From: Phycisphaerales bacterium
GTDB lineage: Bacteria > Planctomycetota > Phycisphaerae > Phycisphaerales > UBA1924
Length of the DNA: 64,000 bases
Reading direction: 5' to 3'
NCBI GenBank assembly: GCA_965227775.1
Contig: OZ245777.1
Location: 640,001-704,000 of the forward strand
Shown: piece by piece, positions 19,945 through 30,923 of the stretch
How positions within the stretch are numbered: the stretch's first letter is position 1
How the letters are laid out: each line of letters opens with the position of its first letter
The notes under the pieces: model-generated
Told to the model about the DNA's origin: nothing
Seen by the model: the letters and a program-made list of their open reading frames with translations, nothing else
The model's database searches: none
Position numbers and translations under genes: made by a program

Positions 19945-22539
19945 ATGCTTGAGAACTTACCAGAACGGGTCGAGCAACTAGCGCGCATGGCCGTTCTTAC
20001 GGACTCTGCGGACCTCCCAGGCCTCGTTGCCATGCAGGAACAAGCTGCAGCCCTTGCCGCCGACATCCCTGCCGATCAGGCCGATGAGATCTCGAAGATG
20101 GCCACTGAGATTGGCCGCCTGGCCGAGGCCATCGTTCTGCGAGAGGTGTCCAGCGCCGATGAGGCCTTCCACGAGATCGGCAGCATCATTGAGCGGCTAC
20201 AAGACGCTGCGTCCCAGCCTGTCGTTCTGAAAGCCGAAGACGACGGGTCGATGGACGCCGCAGAGGAAGCCGAGCTCATTTCTGGCTGGATTGCGAGCTG
20301 CGAGGGCATGCTCTCGGATGTCGAGGGCTGGCTGCTGACCCTGGAGCAAGAGCCGCAGAACGCATCAGATGAGATCGCTGACATCCGCCGATCGATGCAC
20401 ACACTCAAGGGCGAGTGCGGCGTGCTTGCATTCCATACGGCTCAGCAAGTGTGCCACGAGGCGGAGACTCTCATCGACGAGAAGCTCGCCGCCGGCCAAT
20501 CCGTACCTATCGACCCTTTGCTGAAGCTGCTCGACTGGCTCAAGGACTTCATCCACCGCTTGTCAGCGGACCACAGCGCGCAGCCGACGGACCACCAAGC
20601 CGTGCTGGATGTCATTCTGGCCGCCCAGGCCGAGCAGGGGGATGCCGAACCCACGCCGGCGGCACCAGCCTCCGACGAATCGTCGAAGGTCCCGGTTGCG
20701 GAAGCTCCGGAGCAACCCCGCAAGCCCGAGCCCACGCCAACGCCCAATCCCACCGTGCCAGCGGAAACTGGCCCACTCACGTTCGCACCACAGGAAGGCA
20801 CCGAGGACAACCTGGCCGACTTTCTGTGCGAGGCTCGCGACCACATTGCCGCTTCCGAGGAAGCCCTGCTGGCCCTTGAGCAGAACAACACAGACGCTGA
20901 GCTCATCAACACCGTCTTCAGGGCCTTCCACACCATCAAGGGCGTGTCGGGTTTCATGGCACTCAAGCCCATCGTGTCCCTGGCCCACAGCGCCGAGCAG
21001 CTGCTGGATGCCGCCCGTAGCGGCAACATCGTGCTCGAGCGTGCCGAACTCGACCTAGTACTGGCCTCGTGCGACATGATGAGCAAGCTGCTCGACGTGC
21101 TCGAGGATGGCACTGGCCCGGATCGCACAGAGTTCGACACACTCATCGAGCGCCTGGACGCGGCCGCAGCTGGCCAGCCCACTCCTTCTGCCCAGAGTAC
21201 GGTCCCGCAGGCGTCCACATCAGATGTGCAACCAGAGCCTGCGGAGGCCAAGCCGGCAACACCTTCCGCCGTGCCAAGCAAGCTGCGCAAGGCCGACCAG
21301 ACCGTCAAGGTCAACACCTCACGCATGGACAACTTGGTCACCATGGTGGGAGAACTGGTCATTGCGCAACAGATGATGGTGCAGGATATCTCGGGCCTGA
21401 TGGAGGCCTCGGGAAGGGACCCTCGCTTGCAGCGGTCGATGGGACAGATGGGCAAGATGATCCGAGACCTGCAAGAGGTATCCATGTCCTTGCGTATGGT
21501 CACGCTCAAGGGCACGTTCCAGAAGATGAACCGTCTGGTTCGAGATGTCTCTCAGAAAGCCGGCAAGCAGATCGAAGTGATCACCGAGGGTGACGACGTT
21601 GAGCTCGACCGCAACGTGGTTGAGGCCATCACCGACCCGCTCGTCCACATGGTTCGCAATTCGTGCGATCACGGCGTAGAGAGCGCCGAGGAACGCAAGG
21701 CTGCTGGCAAGAACCCTAAGGGCCGCGTCACGCTGCGGGCGTACCACTCGGGCGGCTCGATCGTCATCGAGATCAGCGACGATGGTCGCGGGCTGCGACG
21801 CGACAAGCTGCTGGCCAAGGCGAAGGCCAAAGGCCTGCTACCCGAGGATTTCGACGACGACTCGATGCCCGATGGCGAGGTCTTCGCGCTGGTCTTTAAG
21901 CCCGGGTTCTCAACCGCTGAGAAGGTCACCGACATCTCGGGCCGCGGTGTGGGCATGGATGTTGTGCGACGAAATATCGAGGCTCTGCGTGGCAAGGTCG
22001 AGATCCGCTCAACACCAGGCAAGGGCTCAACGTTCTTGATGCAACTACCCCTGACGATGGCGATTATCGACGGGATGGTGGTTCGCGTCGGCCAGCAGCG
22101 CTACGTGTTGCCCACGCTTACGATCCAGCAGAGCTTCCGGCCACGACCCGAGGATCTCAAGTCGGTGATGGACACAGGCGAGATGGTCCGCGTACGCGAG
22201 TCGATGCTGCCGATCTACCGACTCAATCGCGTCCTGGACCTGCGCGATGGCACACAGGACATCGAGGACGCTCTCCTCATCGTCATGGAAACACACGGCG
22301 CGCGATTCTGCGTCATGGTCGACGAGATCATCGGACAGCAGCAAGTCGTGATCAAGACACTCGATCAGACCGGTCAAGCACTTCAAGGTGTATCGGGTGG
22401 GGCCATACTTGGCGATGGGCGGGTAGCACTCATCCTTGATGTGGCGCAGTTCGCCGAGATCGCCAGAGAACATACGACGCTCAGCGGAGACGCTCTGCAA
22501 GCAAGCGAACGTTCCAACGCCCGCTGTTCTGTCGTGTGA
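19945..22539 (+). CDS. cheA: Chemotaxis histidine kinase CheA with two Hpt domains
   Basis: MHTLKG and FHTIKG Hpt motifs, VGELVI, DPLVHMVRNSCDHG, DDGRG, GFST...SGRGVGMDVV, C-terminal CheW domain; GGAG RBS before ATG 19945. Confidence 0.95.
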   Translation: MLENLPERVEQLARMAVLTDSADLPGLVAMQEQAAALAADIPADQADEISKMATEIGRLAEAIVLREVSSADEAFHEIGSIIERLQDAASQPVVLKAEDDGSMDAAEEAELISGWIASCEGMLSDVEGWLLTLEQEPQNASDEIADIRRSMHTLKGECGVLAFHTAQQVCHEAETLIDEKLAAGQSVPIDPLLKLLDWLKDFIHRLSADHSAQPTDHQAVLDVILAAQAEQGDAEPTPAAPASDESSKVPVAEAPEQPRKPEPTPTPNPTVPAETGPLTFAPQEGTEDNLADFLCEARDHIAASEEALLALEQNNTDAELINTVFRAFHTIKGVSGFMALKPIVSLAHSAEQLLDAARSGNIVLERAELDLVLASCDMMSKLLDVLEDGTGPDRTEFDTLIERLDAAAAGQPTPSAQSTVPQASTSDVQPEPAEAKPATPSAVPSKLRKADQTVKVNTSRMDNLVTMVGELVIAQQMMVQDISGLMEASGRDPRLQRSMGQMGKMIRDLQEVSMSLRMVTLKGTFQKMNRLVRDVSQKAGKQIEVITEGDDVELDRNVVEAITDPLVHMVRNSCDHGVESAEERKAAGKNPKGRVTLRAYHSGGSIVIEISDDGRGLRRDKLLAKAKAKGLLPEDFDDDSMPDGEVFALVFKPGFSTAEKVTDISGRGVGMDVVRRNIEALRGKVEIRSTPGKGSTFLMQLPLTMAIIDGMVVRVGQQRYVLPTLTIQQSFRPRPEDLKSVMDTGEMVRVRESMLPIYRLNRVLDLRDGTQDIEDALLIVMETHGARFCVMVDEIIGQQQVVIKTLDQTGQALQGVSGGAILGDGRVALILDVAQFAEIAREHTTLSGDALQASERSNARCSVV

Positions 22540-22579
22540 GTCACCATTCAATCGCTCGTAGCTTCAAAGGAAACCGACC

Positions 22580-23146
22580 ATGGCACCCACAAGCTCATCG
22601 CAACCCAGCGACACAAACGAACCGCAGAGCTCGGGACCTGCTCAAAAGACCCTCTCATTCGGGCTGGGCAACGAAGAGTACGGCCTTGACATTCTGGTCG
22701 TTCGCGAGATCATCGGCGTTATCGACATCACCCCGCTCCCGCGGACCCCGGACTATGTGAAGGGGGTGATCAACCTGCGAGGCAAGATCATCCCGGTCAT
22801 CGAGCTTCGCAAGCGATTCGGCATGCCCACCGTCGAGTACACCGACGAGACATGCATCATCGTCGTAGACGTTCCCGTCGAGGGGGAGGGCGAGGCCGAA
22901 TCGCGGCTCATGGGCGTGGTAGTTGACACCGTGCAAGAGGTGCTCGACATCCCCACGTCGGCCATCGAGCCGGCCCCCGAGTTTGGCTGCAGCGTGCCGA
23001 TCGACTACATCACGGGCATCGGCCGCGTGAAGGGCATGGTGGTGGTTCTGCTGGACGCTGCGAAGGTCATGAACCCGCCTGCGGCCGGCGACGCGCTCGC
23101 CGCGGCCAAGGGCCTGGCACCCGGCGGTGGCAGCGCAGCCGCCTGA
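22580..23146 (+). CDS. cheW: Chemotaxis coupling protein CheW
   Basis: YGLDILVVREII, GVINLRGKIIPVI, GVVVDTV. Confidence 0.94.
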   Translation: MAPTSSSQPSDTNEPQSSGPAQKTLSFGLGNEEYGLDILVVREIIGVIDITPLPRTPDYVKGVINLRGKIIPVIELRKRFGMPTVEYTDETCIIVVDVPVEGEGEAESRLMGVVVDTVQEVLDIPTSAIEPAPEFGCSVPIDYITGIGRVKGMVVVLLDAAKVMNPPAAGDALAAAKGLAPGGGSAAA

Positions 23147-23201
23147 GCGTGCCGCAAATCGACCAAAGTCGGCCCGGCGAGGGACCGATACTCACCGTGC
23201 C

Positions 23202-23840
23202 ATGCCGACGACCGTTGTCATTGCAGACGAGCACGAGCTCTTTCGGGACGCCGTACGCCACGTGATGGAACGGCGGCTCGGCGTTCAGGTGGCCGGCAGC
23301 GTCGCCGACGCTCAGGCGGCCTTTCTGGCCTGCCAAGCCGAGAAGCCGGACATCCTCGTCCTTGATCTGGATATGCCCGGCCGCGACGCGATCGCCACGC
23401 TCAGCGACATCCGATGGGCTTCGCCCGACACACGTGTGGTCATCCTGACCGGTCGCCATCACGACTCACTCATCCAGGCCGCTCTGGAACAAAGAGTGGC
23501 AGGATACCTACTCAAGTCCGATAGCACGGAGTCGCTCGTCGCGGCCTTCCAGCGCATAGCCGGAGGGCAACGTGCCTACTCAGACTCCATCAAGGACCGC
23601 TTTGTAGAGCATCCCCGACGCAAGACGGGACAGGCGATCGAGGCCACCCGTCTTTCAAAGTTGACACCACGAGAGAACGAAGTGCTCCGGTACATCGGAC
23701 GTGGGATGGACAACGGCGAGATGGCCCAGGTGATGATCTTGAGCAAACGCACCGTCGAGCGGCACGTGTCGAGGCTGATGGACTCGCTGGACATCCGCGA
23801 TCGAGCGGAGCTCCAGCGGTTCGCCAACTCCGCAGCATGA
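23202..23840 (+). CDS. NarL/FixJ-family response regulator (REC plus LuxR HTH)
   Basis: IADEH, LDLDMP, GYLLK, LTPRENEVL...SKRTVERH. Confidence 0.9.
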   Translation: MPTTVVIADEHELFRDAVRHVMERRLGVQVAGSVADAQAAFLACQAEKPDILVLDLDMPGRDAIATLSDIRWASPDTRVVILTGRHHDSLIQAALEQRVAGYLLKSDSTESLVAAFQRIAGGQRAYSDSIKDRFVEHPRRKTGQAIEATRLSKLTPRENEVLRYIGRGMDNGEMAQVMILSKRTVERHVSRLMDSLDIRDRAELQRFANSAA

Positions 23841-24065
23841 CTCTCTCCGTTGAGGCTACCCCGCACGGTCTCAACGTATCCCCATCGCCCAAAAGCCCGC
23901 TTGCTCCAACGAAAATCAGCAACTTGCGTGCGTACCCCCAACAAGATGCTTGCTTCCGTTGTCGATGTCTTAACAAATCTCGCGGGTCCTGATGTTTGGA
24001 GACGCGAAGACAGCCACCTTCCGATTCACTCGGGATGATCTTGCTGATCACGACGGAGCGTTGCT

Positions 24066-26552
24066 ATGAACCTGAGTCACCGACTTCTCTCATTGGCCGT
24101 GGTCCTGTTGGGCACAACGGCCATGGCATCTTCCTTGGACGCGGGACCAGATGGCGGCCCCGACAAGCTGCAGCCGGGCACCAGTTCCCAAGTTGTTGCT
24201 GATCGCGCGAGCCAGACCGCCGCCCCCCCCCAACACGACGGAAGTCAGGACGAGTCTGGTGACGTTTCTCACGCTGGAGCCGCCGGAGCCGGATCCACGG
24301 GAAGCTACAGCCCGCCGCCCGCACGCATTCCGCATCGCGCCGCTTTCGGCAGCAAGGCGGGCACGGCGATGCCCTACGACCCTGTCCCGGATGCAATCGT
24401 GGACAACGGAGGGATCATTAAGATCTTCTCCGCAGTGACAGTTCTGGCAGTGCTCGTCACCTTCGGACTCGCGTTCTGGAGCTCGCGCACCACGAAGGCC
24501 GATGGTTCGCCGACGCGGGCCCTCACCCTCGGCACCAAGCTGACGTGCGGCTTTGGCGCGGTTATCACGGGCATCCTCCTGTTGACCGTGCTGTCCACTC
24601 GAGCCAGCATGCTCACGAAGAACGCCGCATTCGAGGCCGAGCATGTAGCCGATCAGGATGTGCTTGTTGCCAACATGAAGGCGGACATGCTGTCCGCCCG
24701 CCTGGCGATCAAGGACTTCCTGTTGACGAACAGCACGGAAGACCTGGACAAGTACTCTGATGCTGCCGCTACTTTTGCGCTCAAGCACGAACTGGCTGGC
24801 CAGACCATCACAAACCCGGAGCGGCTGGCCATGGTTGATCTCATCGGGACACACTTCGATGAGTACGAGCACACATTTGCCGAAGTAGTCAATCTGGTCG
24901 ATCAGCGCAACGCCATCATCTGGGATCTCATGGAACCGAGCGCTCACCGAGCGATCGAGCTGATCGAGGCAATCGATCACACGGCCCACGCAGATGGCAA
25001 CCTGGAGGCCAGCATCCTGGCGGCCGAAACCGAAGTCAAATTCCTCGAAGCGGAGCTCTACTTCTTCCAGTTCCTTCGCAGCGCGGAAGAAGAGCACGCC
25101 TTGGAAGCCCTCCGCTTTGCGGATGAGACCCGTCAGCATCTCAGCTTGCTGCTCCCAGAGTTGTCTAGTCCCGAGCGTCAGCTGATGGCACAGGAGGCCA
25201 AGGGAGCCATCACGTTCTGGATCGCGCAGATGGAGCGGGCAGAAGAGCTGCAGTTCGAACGCAACGCTCTTGTCAGCGACTCGCTTGAACCTTCCGGTGA
25301 CCAGGTCGCGTCCGAGGCGAGCGGGCTGGTCAAGTCGCTTGACGCGTACAAGAAGGAAGAGATGAACCGAGCGGAGGCAATCGCTCGGAGCGCGAAGACG
25401 CAGACCACCATGGTGTCGATCGGCGTTGCCCTGATGGGGGTCGTGCTCGCGTACTTCATCACCCGCGGCATCCTCAAGGGCCTGAACACCCTGGAGGCCC
25501 GCCTGAAGGACATCTCGCAAGGTGAGGGAGACTTGACCAAGCGAGTTGAAATCAAGACTCGCGACGAGATTGGCCAGGTGGCTCACTGGTTCAACGAATT
25601 CGTCGACAAGATCGAGCAGGTGGTCTCCGAGGTAAAGTCGGGCACTGCCCAGATCGACTCTGGCGGCGTCCAGATCGCGTCTGCAAGCCAGACGCTCGCA
25701 CAGGGCGCCAGCGAGCAGGCCAGCAGCCTGCAGCAGATCAGCGCATCGATCGAGGAGCTCTCGGGCCAAACCCAGCAGAGCGCCGAAAACGCGCGTCAGG
25801 CAAACACCCTTGCGGAAGACAGCAAGAGCTCAGCCGACCGCGGCCAGCAAGAGATGGCCTCGATGGCCGATGCCGTGAACGAGATCAAGCAATCCAGCGC
25901 CGAGATCTCGAACATCATCAAGGTCATTGACGAGATCGCCTTCCAGACTAACTTGCTTGCCCTGAACGCCGCGGTCGAGGCCGCGCGTGCGGGCGAAGCC
26001 GGCAAGGGGTTCGCAGTCGTGGCCGAGGAAGTACGCAACCTCGCGCAGCGATCGGCCGAGGCCGCCAAGAACACGGCCACGATGATCGAGGCATCGGTCA
26101 AGCGCTCGGAAAACGGCGTGCAGATCGCCGGACGCGTTGGCCAGGCCCTCCAGGAAATCACGACTTCGACAAACAAGGTAAACACCCTGCTTTCGGAGAT
26201 CGCCTCGGCCGCCAGTGAGCAGGCGACAGGCATCAGCCAGATCAATCAGGGAGTCAGCCAACTCGACCAAGTGACCCAGCAGAATGCGGGCAACAGCGAG
26301 GAGATGGCCTCGTCCGCCGAGGAATTGTCTTCACAGGTCGCAAGCCTGAACACGCTGGTCGAGCAGTTCAAGGTTGGCGGCGGCACGTCGGCACAGCACG
26401 CTTCGGCTACAGGCCAAGCGACACCGCGCTCGACCACGACGGCGCATGCAGCGCCTGCGAAGAGCGCGCCAGTCACATCTACTGCGGCCAGCGCACCGAC
26501 AGCAGAGCAGCTCATCCCGATGGATGAGGACGAGGTTCTCGCGTCCTTCTGA
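24066..26552 (+). CDS. Methyl-accepting chemotaxis protein (helical periplasmic sensor, HAMP, MCP signal domain)
   Basis: GDLTKR...[43 protein letters not shown]; start codon uncertain. Confidence 0.92.
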   Translation: MNLSHRLLSLAVVLLGTTAMASSLDAGPDGGPDKLQPGTSSQVVADRASQTAAPPQHDGSQDESGDVSHAGAAGAGSTGSYSPPPARIPHRAAFGSKAGTAMPYDPVPDAIVDNGGIIKIFSAVTVLAVLVTFGLAFWSSRTTKADGSPTRALTLGTKLTCGFGAVITGILLLTVLSTRASMLTKNAAFEAEHVADQDVLVANMKADMLSARLAIKDFLLTNSTEDLDKYSDAAATFALKHELAGQTITNPERLAMVDLIGTHFDEYEHTFAEVVNLVDQRNAIIWDLMEPSAHRAIELIEAIDHTAHADGNLEASILAAETEVKFLEAELYFFQFLRSAEEEHALEALRFADETRQHLSLLLPELSSPERQLMAQEAKGAITFWIAQMERAEELQFERNALVSDSLEPSGDQVASEASGLVKSLDAYKKEEMNRAEAIARSAKTQTTMVSIGVALMGVVLAYFITRGILKGLNTLEARLKDISQGEGDLTKRVEIKTRDEIGQVAHWFNEFVDKIEQVVSEVKSGTAQIDSGGVQIASASQTLAQGASEQASSLQQISASIEELSGQTQQSAENARQANTLAEDSKSSADRGQQEMASMADAVNEIKQSSAEISNIIKVIDEIAFQTNLLALNAAVEAARAGEAGKGFAVVAEEVRNLAQRSAEAAKNTATMIEASVKRSENGVQIAGRVGQALQEITTSTNKVNTLLSEIASAASEQATGISQINQGVSQLDQVTQQNAGNSEEMASSAEELSSQVASLNTLVEQFKVGGGTSAQHASATGQATPRSTTTAHAAPAKSAPVTSTAASAPTAEQLIPMDEDEVLASF

Positions 26553-26655
26553 CTCACTCGTGTCGGTCTGGGTTAACGCCCGGACCGGTGCTTTCACAAC
26601 GCCGGGCCTAAGCCAGCCCCAATGGGAGGGCCTTCGCTCGACGAGGATCCACCGC

Positions 26656-27477
26656 ATGCCGGCCGTCGACTCGCTGTCAAACGATCAGTTCGCACGCATC
26701 TCCGTGCTTGCCAAGCGCCGATGGGGACTTGCGCTGACAGAGAACAAGATGCAGCTGGTATCCAACCGGCTCACCTCGTTCTTGCGCAAGTCCGAGTTTG
26801 CCGGCATCGCCGAGTATCTCGAGTATTTGGAAGACGGCGCATCCGAGGCGGACATGCTGATGTTCTTTGACCTCTTGTCGACGAACGTGACCAGCTTCTT
26901 CCGCGACCGGATGCACTTCGACTATCTCGAGCGCGAGCTTTTCACGGCGCTCGCCCGCGGCAACCTGGCACTGCCCGGCCGAAAGCTGCGGCTGTGGAGC
27001 GCCGGTTGTTCGACCGGGTGCGAGCCGTACACGATGGCGATGGTGGCCTACGACAGCCTGTGCGAGCGATCCGATTGGGATGTGCAAATCCTCGCGACAG
27101 ACCTCTCGAACAAGGCCGTACGCGCCGCTCGGGCCGGCGTGTATCGCGAGGACGAGATCAAGACGCTACCCAAGGACCTGCTCGAACGCCACTTCGAGCG
27201 GCAGGGCAATCAGTGGGTTGTCCGGCAGCACCTGCGCAAGATGGTCAAGATCGCGCAGCTCAATCTCATGGGCCCATGGCCAATGACCGGACCGTTCGAC
27301 GTGATCTTCTGCCGCAACGTCATGATCTACTTCGACGGGCCCACCAGGGCGTCGCTTGTGGACCGGTTCGCCTCACTGCTGCGTCCCCGAGCGCTGTTCG
27401 CAGTCGGCAGCGCAGAAACACTGGCGGGCATGCAGACCGGTCTTGATTCCGTTATTCCATCGATGTACTCGAAGTAG
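26656..27477 (+). CDS. cheR: Chemotaxis methyltransferase CheR
   Basis: TNVTSFFRD, WSAGCSTGCEPY, ATDLS, DVIFCRNVMIYF. Confidence 0.94.
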   Translation: MPAVDSLSNDQFARISVLAKRRWGLALTENKMQLVSNRLTSFLRKSEFAGIAEYLEYLEDGASEADMLMFFDLLSTNVTSFFRDRMHFDYLERELFTALARGNLALPGRKLRLWSAGCSTGCEPYTMAMVAYDSLCERSDWDVQILATDLSNKAVRAARAGVYREDEIKTLPKDLLERHFERQGNQWVVRQHLRKMVKIAQLNLMGPWPMTGPFDVIFCRNVMIYFDGPTRASLVDRFASLLRPRALFAVGSAETLAGMQTGLDSVIPSMYSK

Positions 27478-27492
27478 GTCCGGAGGCACGGA

Positions 27493-28020
27493 TTGGAATC
27501 GGCTAGCACCATTCAGACCCCCGCCGCGAAAACGGAGCGACTCGTTGTCGGCATTGCCGCCATGGAGGTGTCGAACGACCCGAACGCCACGCTCGTGACC
27601 TATGCGCTCGGCTCGTGCATCGCCGTGACGGTGTTCGATCCAGTGACGCACGTCGGCGGCATGTTGCACCTGATGTTGCCCCAGTCGTCACAAAGCCCCG
27701 AGAAGGCCAAGACGAATCCGTGCATGTTCGCAGACTTGGGTATCCCCATGCTGTTTAAGAGCGCTTATGAGCTTGGCGCCAAGAAGGAGCGACTGGTGGT
27801 GTGCGCAGCGGGCGGGGCGGAGATCCTGGCCGATGGAGGGCACTTCAAGATCGGCTCGCGCAACCGCACCATGCTCCGCAAGCTGTTCTGGAAGAACAGT
27901 ATTCTGCTTGCCGCTGAAGACACGGGCGGTTCTCAAAGCCGCACCATGACACTGCGACTGTCCGATGGCTATGCCTCGGTGAAGAGCAAGAACGAGGAGC
28001 GCGCACTATGGCCCAACTGA
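27493..28020 (+). CDS. cheD: Chemoreceptor glutamine deamidase CheD
   Basis: ALGSCIAV, GGMLHLMLP, IGSRN, EDTGG; TTG start after GGAGG. Confidence 0.92.
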   Translation: MESASTIQTPAAKTERLVVGIAAMEVSNDPNATLVTYALGSCIAVTVFDPVTHVGGMLHLMLPQSSQSPEKAKTNPCMFADLGIPMLFKSAYELGAKKERLVVCAAGGAEILADGGHFKIGSRNRTMLRKLFWKNSILLAAEDTGGSQSRTMTLRLSDGYASVKSKNEERALWPN

Positions 28021-28877
28021 GCGACATCCTCGCGATCGAGAATCTGCCCGCAATGCCCTCGGCCATGGCACGAGCGGTGCCGCTGCTGCTCGACCCTGAT
28101 TCTGACCTCGCCGATCTCGAGCAGGTCATTCGCCAGGACGAAGCGATGACGAGCGCCGTATTGCGGCTGGCCAACTCGGCTCGCTATGGTGCTCCTGGGC
28201 AACAGTTCGACTTGCGCCGTTCGATGGCGCGACTCGGTCGCGACCCGCTCCGACGGTGCATTCTCGAGCAGCACGTGTGCAGCGTCGCAGGCGGCGACAA
28301 CCCCGCGTTCGGCCTCAACCGTGGTGCGCTGTGGCGCAGCGCCTTGGCCGGGGCGCTCGCCGCCGAACACCTGGCAATCGAGCACAAATTCGACCAGCCC
28401 TCGTTGGCTTTCCTGTGCGGCCTGCTGCGAGACATCGGCAAGCTAGCGCTCGACTCATTCTATGGATCGAGCTACCTATCGCTGCTGGACCAACGCTCTG
28501 GGACCGGTGCGACCTTTGTCGAGCAGGAGCATCGCTCGCTTGGCTTCGATCATGCAACGGTTGGTGCCGAGCTGGTACGCCGATGGAACTTCCCCGATCG
28601 CGTCGCGTTCGCGATCGAGCATCACCACGCGCCGCCAAAGCTTGACGAGAACCACGACGATCTCTGTGATCTTGTCCACACGGCCGACACGATTTGCTTG
28701 TGGGCCGGCATTGGCACGGGCGTGGACGGTCTCGAGTATCGCCTTTCGCAGCACGTACGCGAAGGCTTGGGCATCGATCGACGTTCTGCCGAGCGACTAA
28801 TCGCCACGGTGTGGCAGAAGCTGTGCGAGGCCGAGGCCTCCATGCACGGACCTAGCGACCAAGGAGCAGCGGCATGA
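28008..28877 (+). CDS. HDOD domain protein
   Basis: LPAMP, VLRLANSA, GLLRDIGK, DHATVGAEL..W.FP, AIEHHH. Confidence 0.88.
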   Translation: MAQLSDILAIENLPAMPSAMARAVPLLLDPDSDLADLEQVIRQDEAMTSAVLRLANSARYGAPGQQFDLRRSMARLGRDPLRRCILEQHVCSVAGGDNPAFGLNRGALWRSALAGALAAEHLAIEHKFDQPSLAFLCGLLRDIGKLALDSFYGSSYLSLLDQRSGTGATFVEQEHRSLGFDHATVGAELVRRWNFPDRVAFAIEHHHAPPKLDENHDDLCDLVHTADTICLWAGIGTGVDGLEYRLSQHVREGLGIDRRSAERLIATVWQKLCEAEASMHGPSDQGAAA

Positions 28878-29257
28878 ATTGCAACGTTCTGATTGTTGAC
28901 GACTCGGCAATCCTGCGCAAGGCAATCCGCAAGGTCGTCCGCCTCGCGGGCATTGAGGACGACCGCATCCATGATGCGGGCAATGGGCAAGAGGCTCTGG
29001 AAGTGCTCGAGACGGTGTGGATCGACCTAGTACTGCTCGACATGAATATGCCGGTGATGGACGGGGAGCAGTTCGCCACGGAGCTGCGCAAAAATCCCGA
29101 TCTGGCCGACGTGGCCATTGTCGTCGTCTCAACCGAGGCCAACAAGAACCGACTCGACCGTATGCGTGAGCTGGGCGTGATCGACGTGCTGCGCAAGCCC
29201 TTCGAGCCCGAGGACCTCCACCGATTGATCCCCAAGGTGCTAGGAGTCAAGCTATGA
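28874..29257 (+). CDS. cheY: Second CheY-like response regulator
   Basis: IVDDS, LDMNMP, VSTE, RKPF. Confidence 0.85.
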   Translation: MNCNVLIVDDSAILRKAIRKVVRLAGIEDDRIHDAGNGQEALEVLETVWIDLVLLDMNMPVMDGEQFATELRKNPDLADVAIVVVSTEANKNRLDRMRELGVIDVLRKPFEPEDLHRLIPKVLGVKL

Positions 29258-29724
29258 CCGACCTTTCGGCAGACTATCTGATTGAGGCGACGGTGACCGC
29301 TCTCGAACGAACCGCAATGGTGCTCGCCGAGCCTGCCACCGACGCGGACGACCACGAGCCCGCCACCGCATACGCACGCATCTTGTACAACGGCCCCACT
29401 TCGGGCACGCTCACGCTGGCCGCGACCGATGGCTTCCTGCGCGAGCTGGCCTCGAGCCTTCTAGGCGTCGAGCCCGAAGAGATCGAAGTGGCCGAGCAGG
29501 GGCTGGACGCGCTTAAGGAGATGGCCAACATCCTCGGCGGCTCGGTCATCGTCGCCATGTCGGGCGACACCTGCGATTTCTCGCTGGGCTTGCCAAGCAT
29601 CGTCTCTACGTCGGATGCTCCTATGCCGGGTGATTCCGCGAGCCATGCTGCCTGCACCGTGACCACCGATGACGGCGTGCTACGCGTGACGTGGACGCGC
29701 GATTCGGCTTCGAAGGCAGCCTAG
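29254..29724 (+). CDS. Second CheX-like phosphatase
   Basis: DALKEMANILGG (ExxN); overlaps the upstream cheY stop. Confidence 0.7.
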   Translation: MTDLSADYLIEATVTALERTAMVLAEPATDADDHEPATAYARILYNGPTSGTLTLAATDGFLRELASSLLGVEPEEIEVAEQGLDALKEMANILGGSVIVAMSGDTCDFSLGLPSIVSTSDAPMPGDSASHAACTVTTDDGVLRVTWTRDSASKAA

Positions 29725-29734
29725 CGAGGATTAG

Positions 29735-30790
<1,056 letters not shown>

Positions 30791-30923
30791 GACCTGTCGA
30801 CTATTTGCTCACAGCCAGCCCACTCCCACAGCTGGGCGCCAATCCCCAACTGCCGGGAGTCGTACCCCCTACAACACTCGTCATCCATGCCATGCGTTGC
30901 CTATAGGGCTGCTAGACACACAC

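Noticed and set aside
30861..30880. GTACCCCCTACAACACTCG resembles the tRNA-Lys 3' end, and a similar CGTACCCCCAACAA occurs at ~23931
   Set aside because: Three mismatches in 19 nt, low complexity, and core genes (dnaB, pdxH) lie between it and tRNA-Lys; likely chance.
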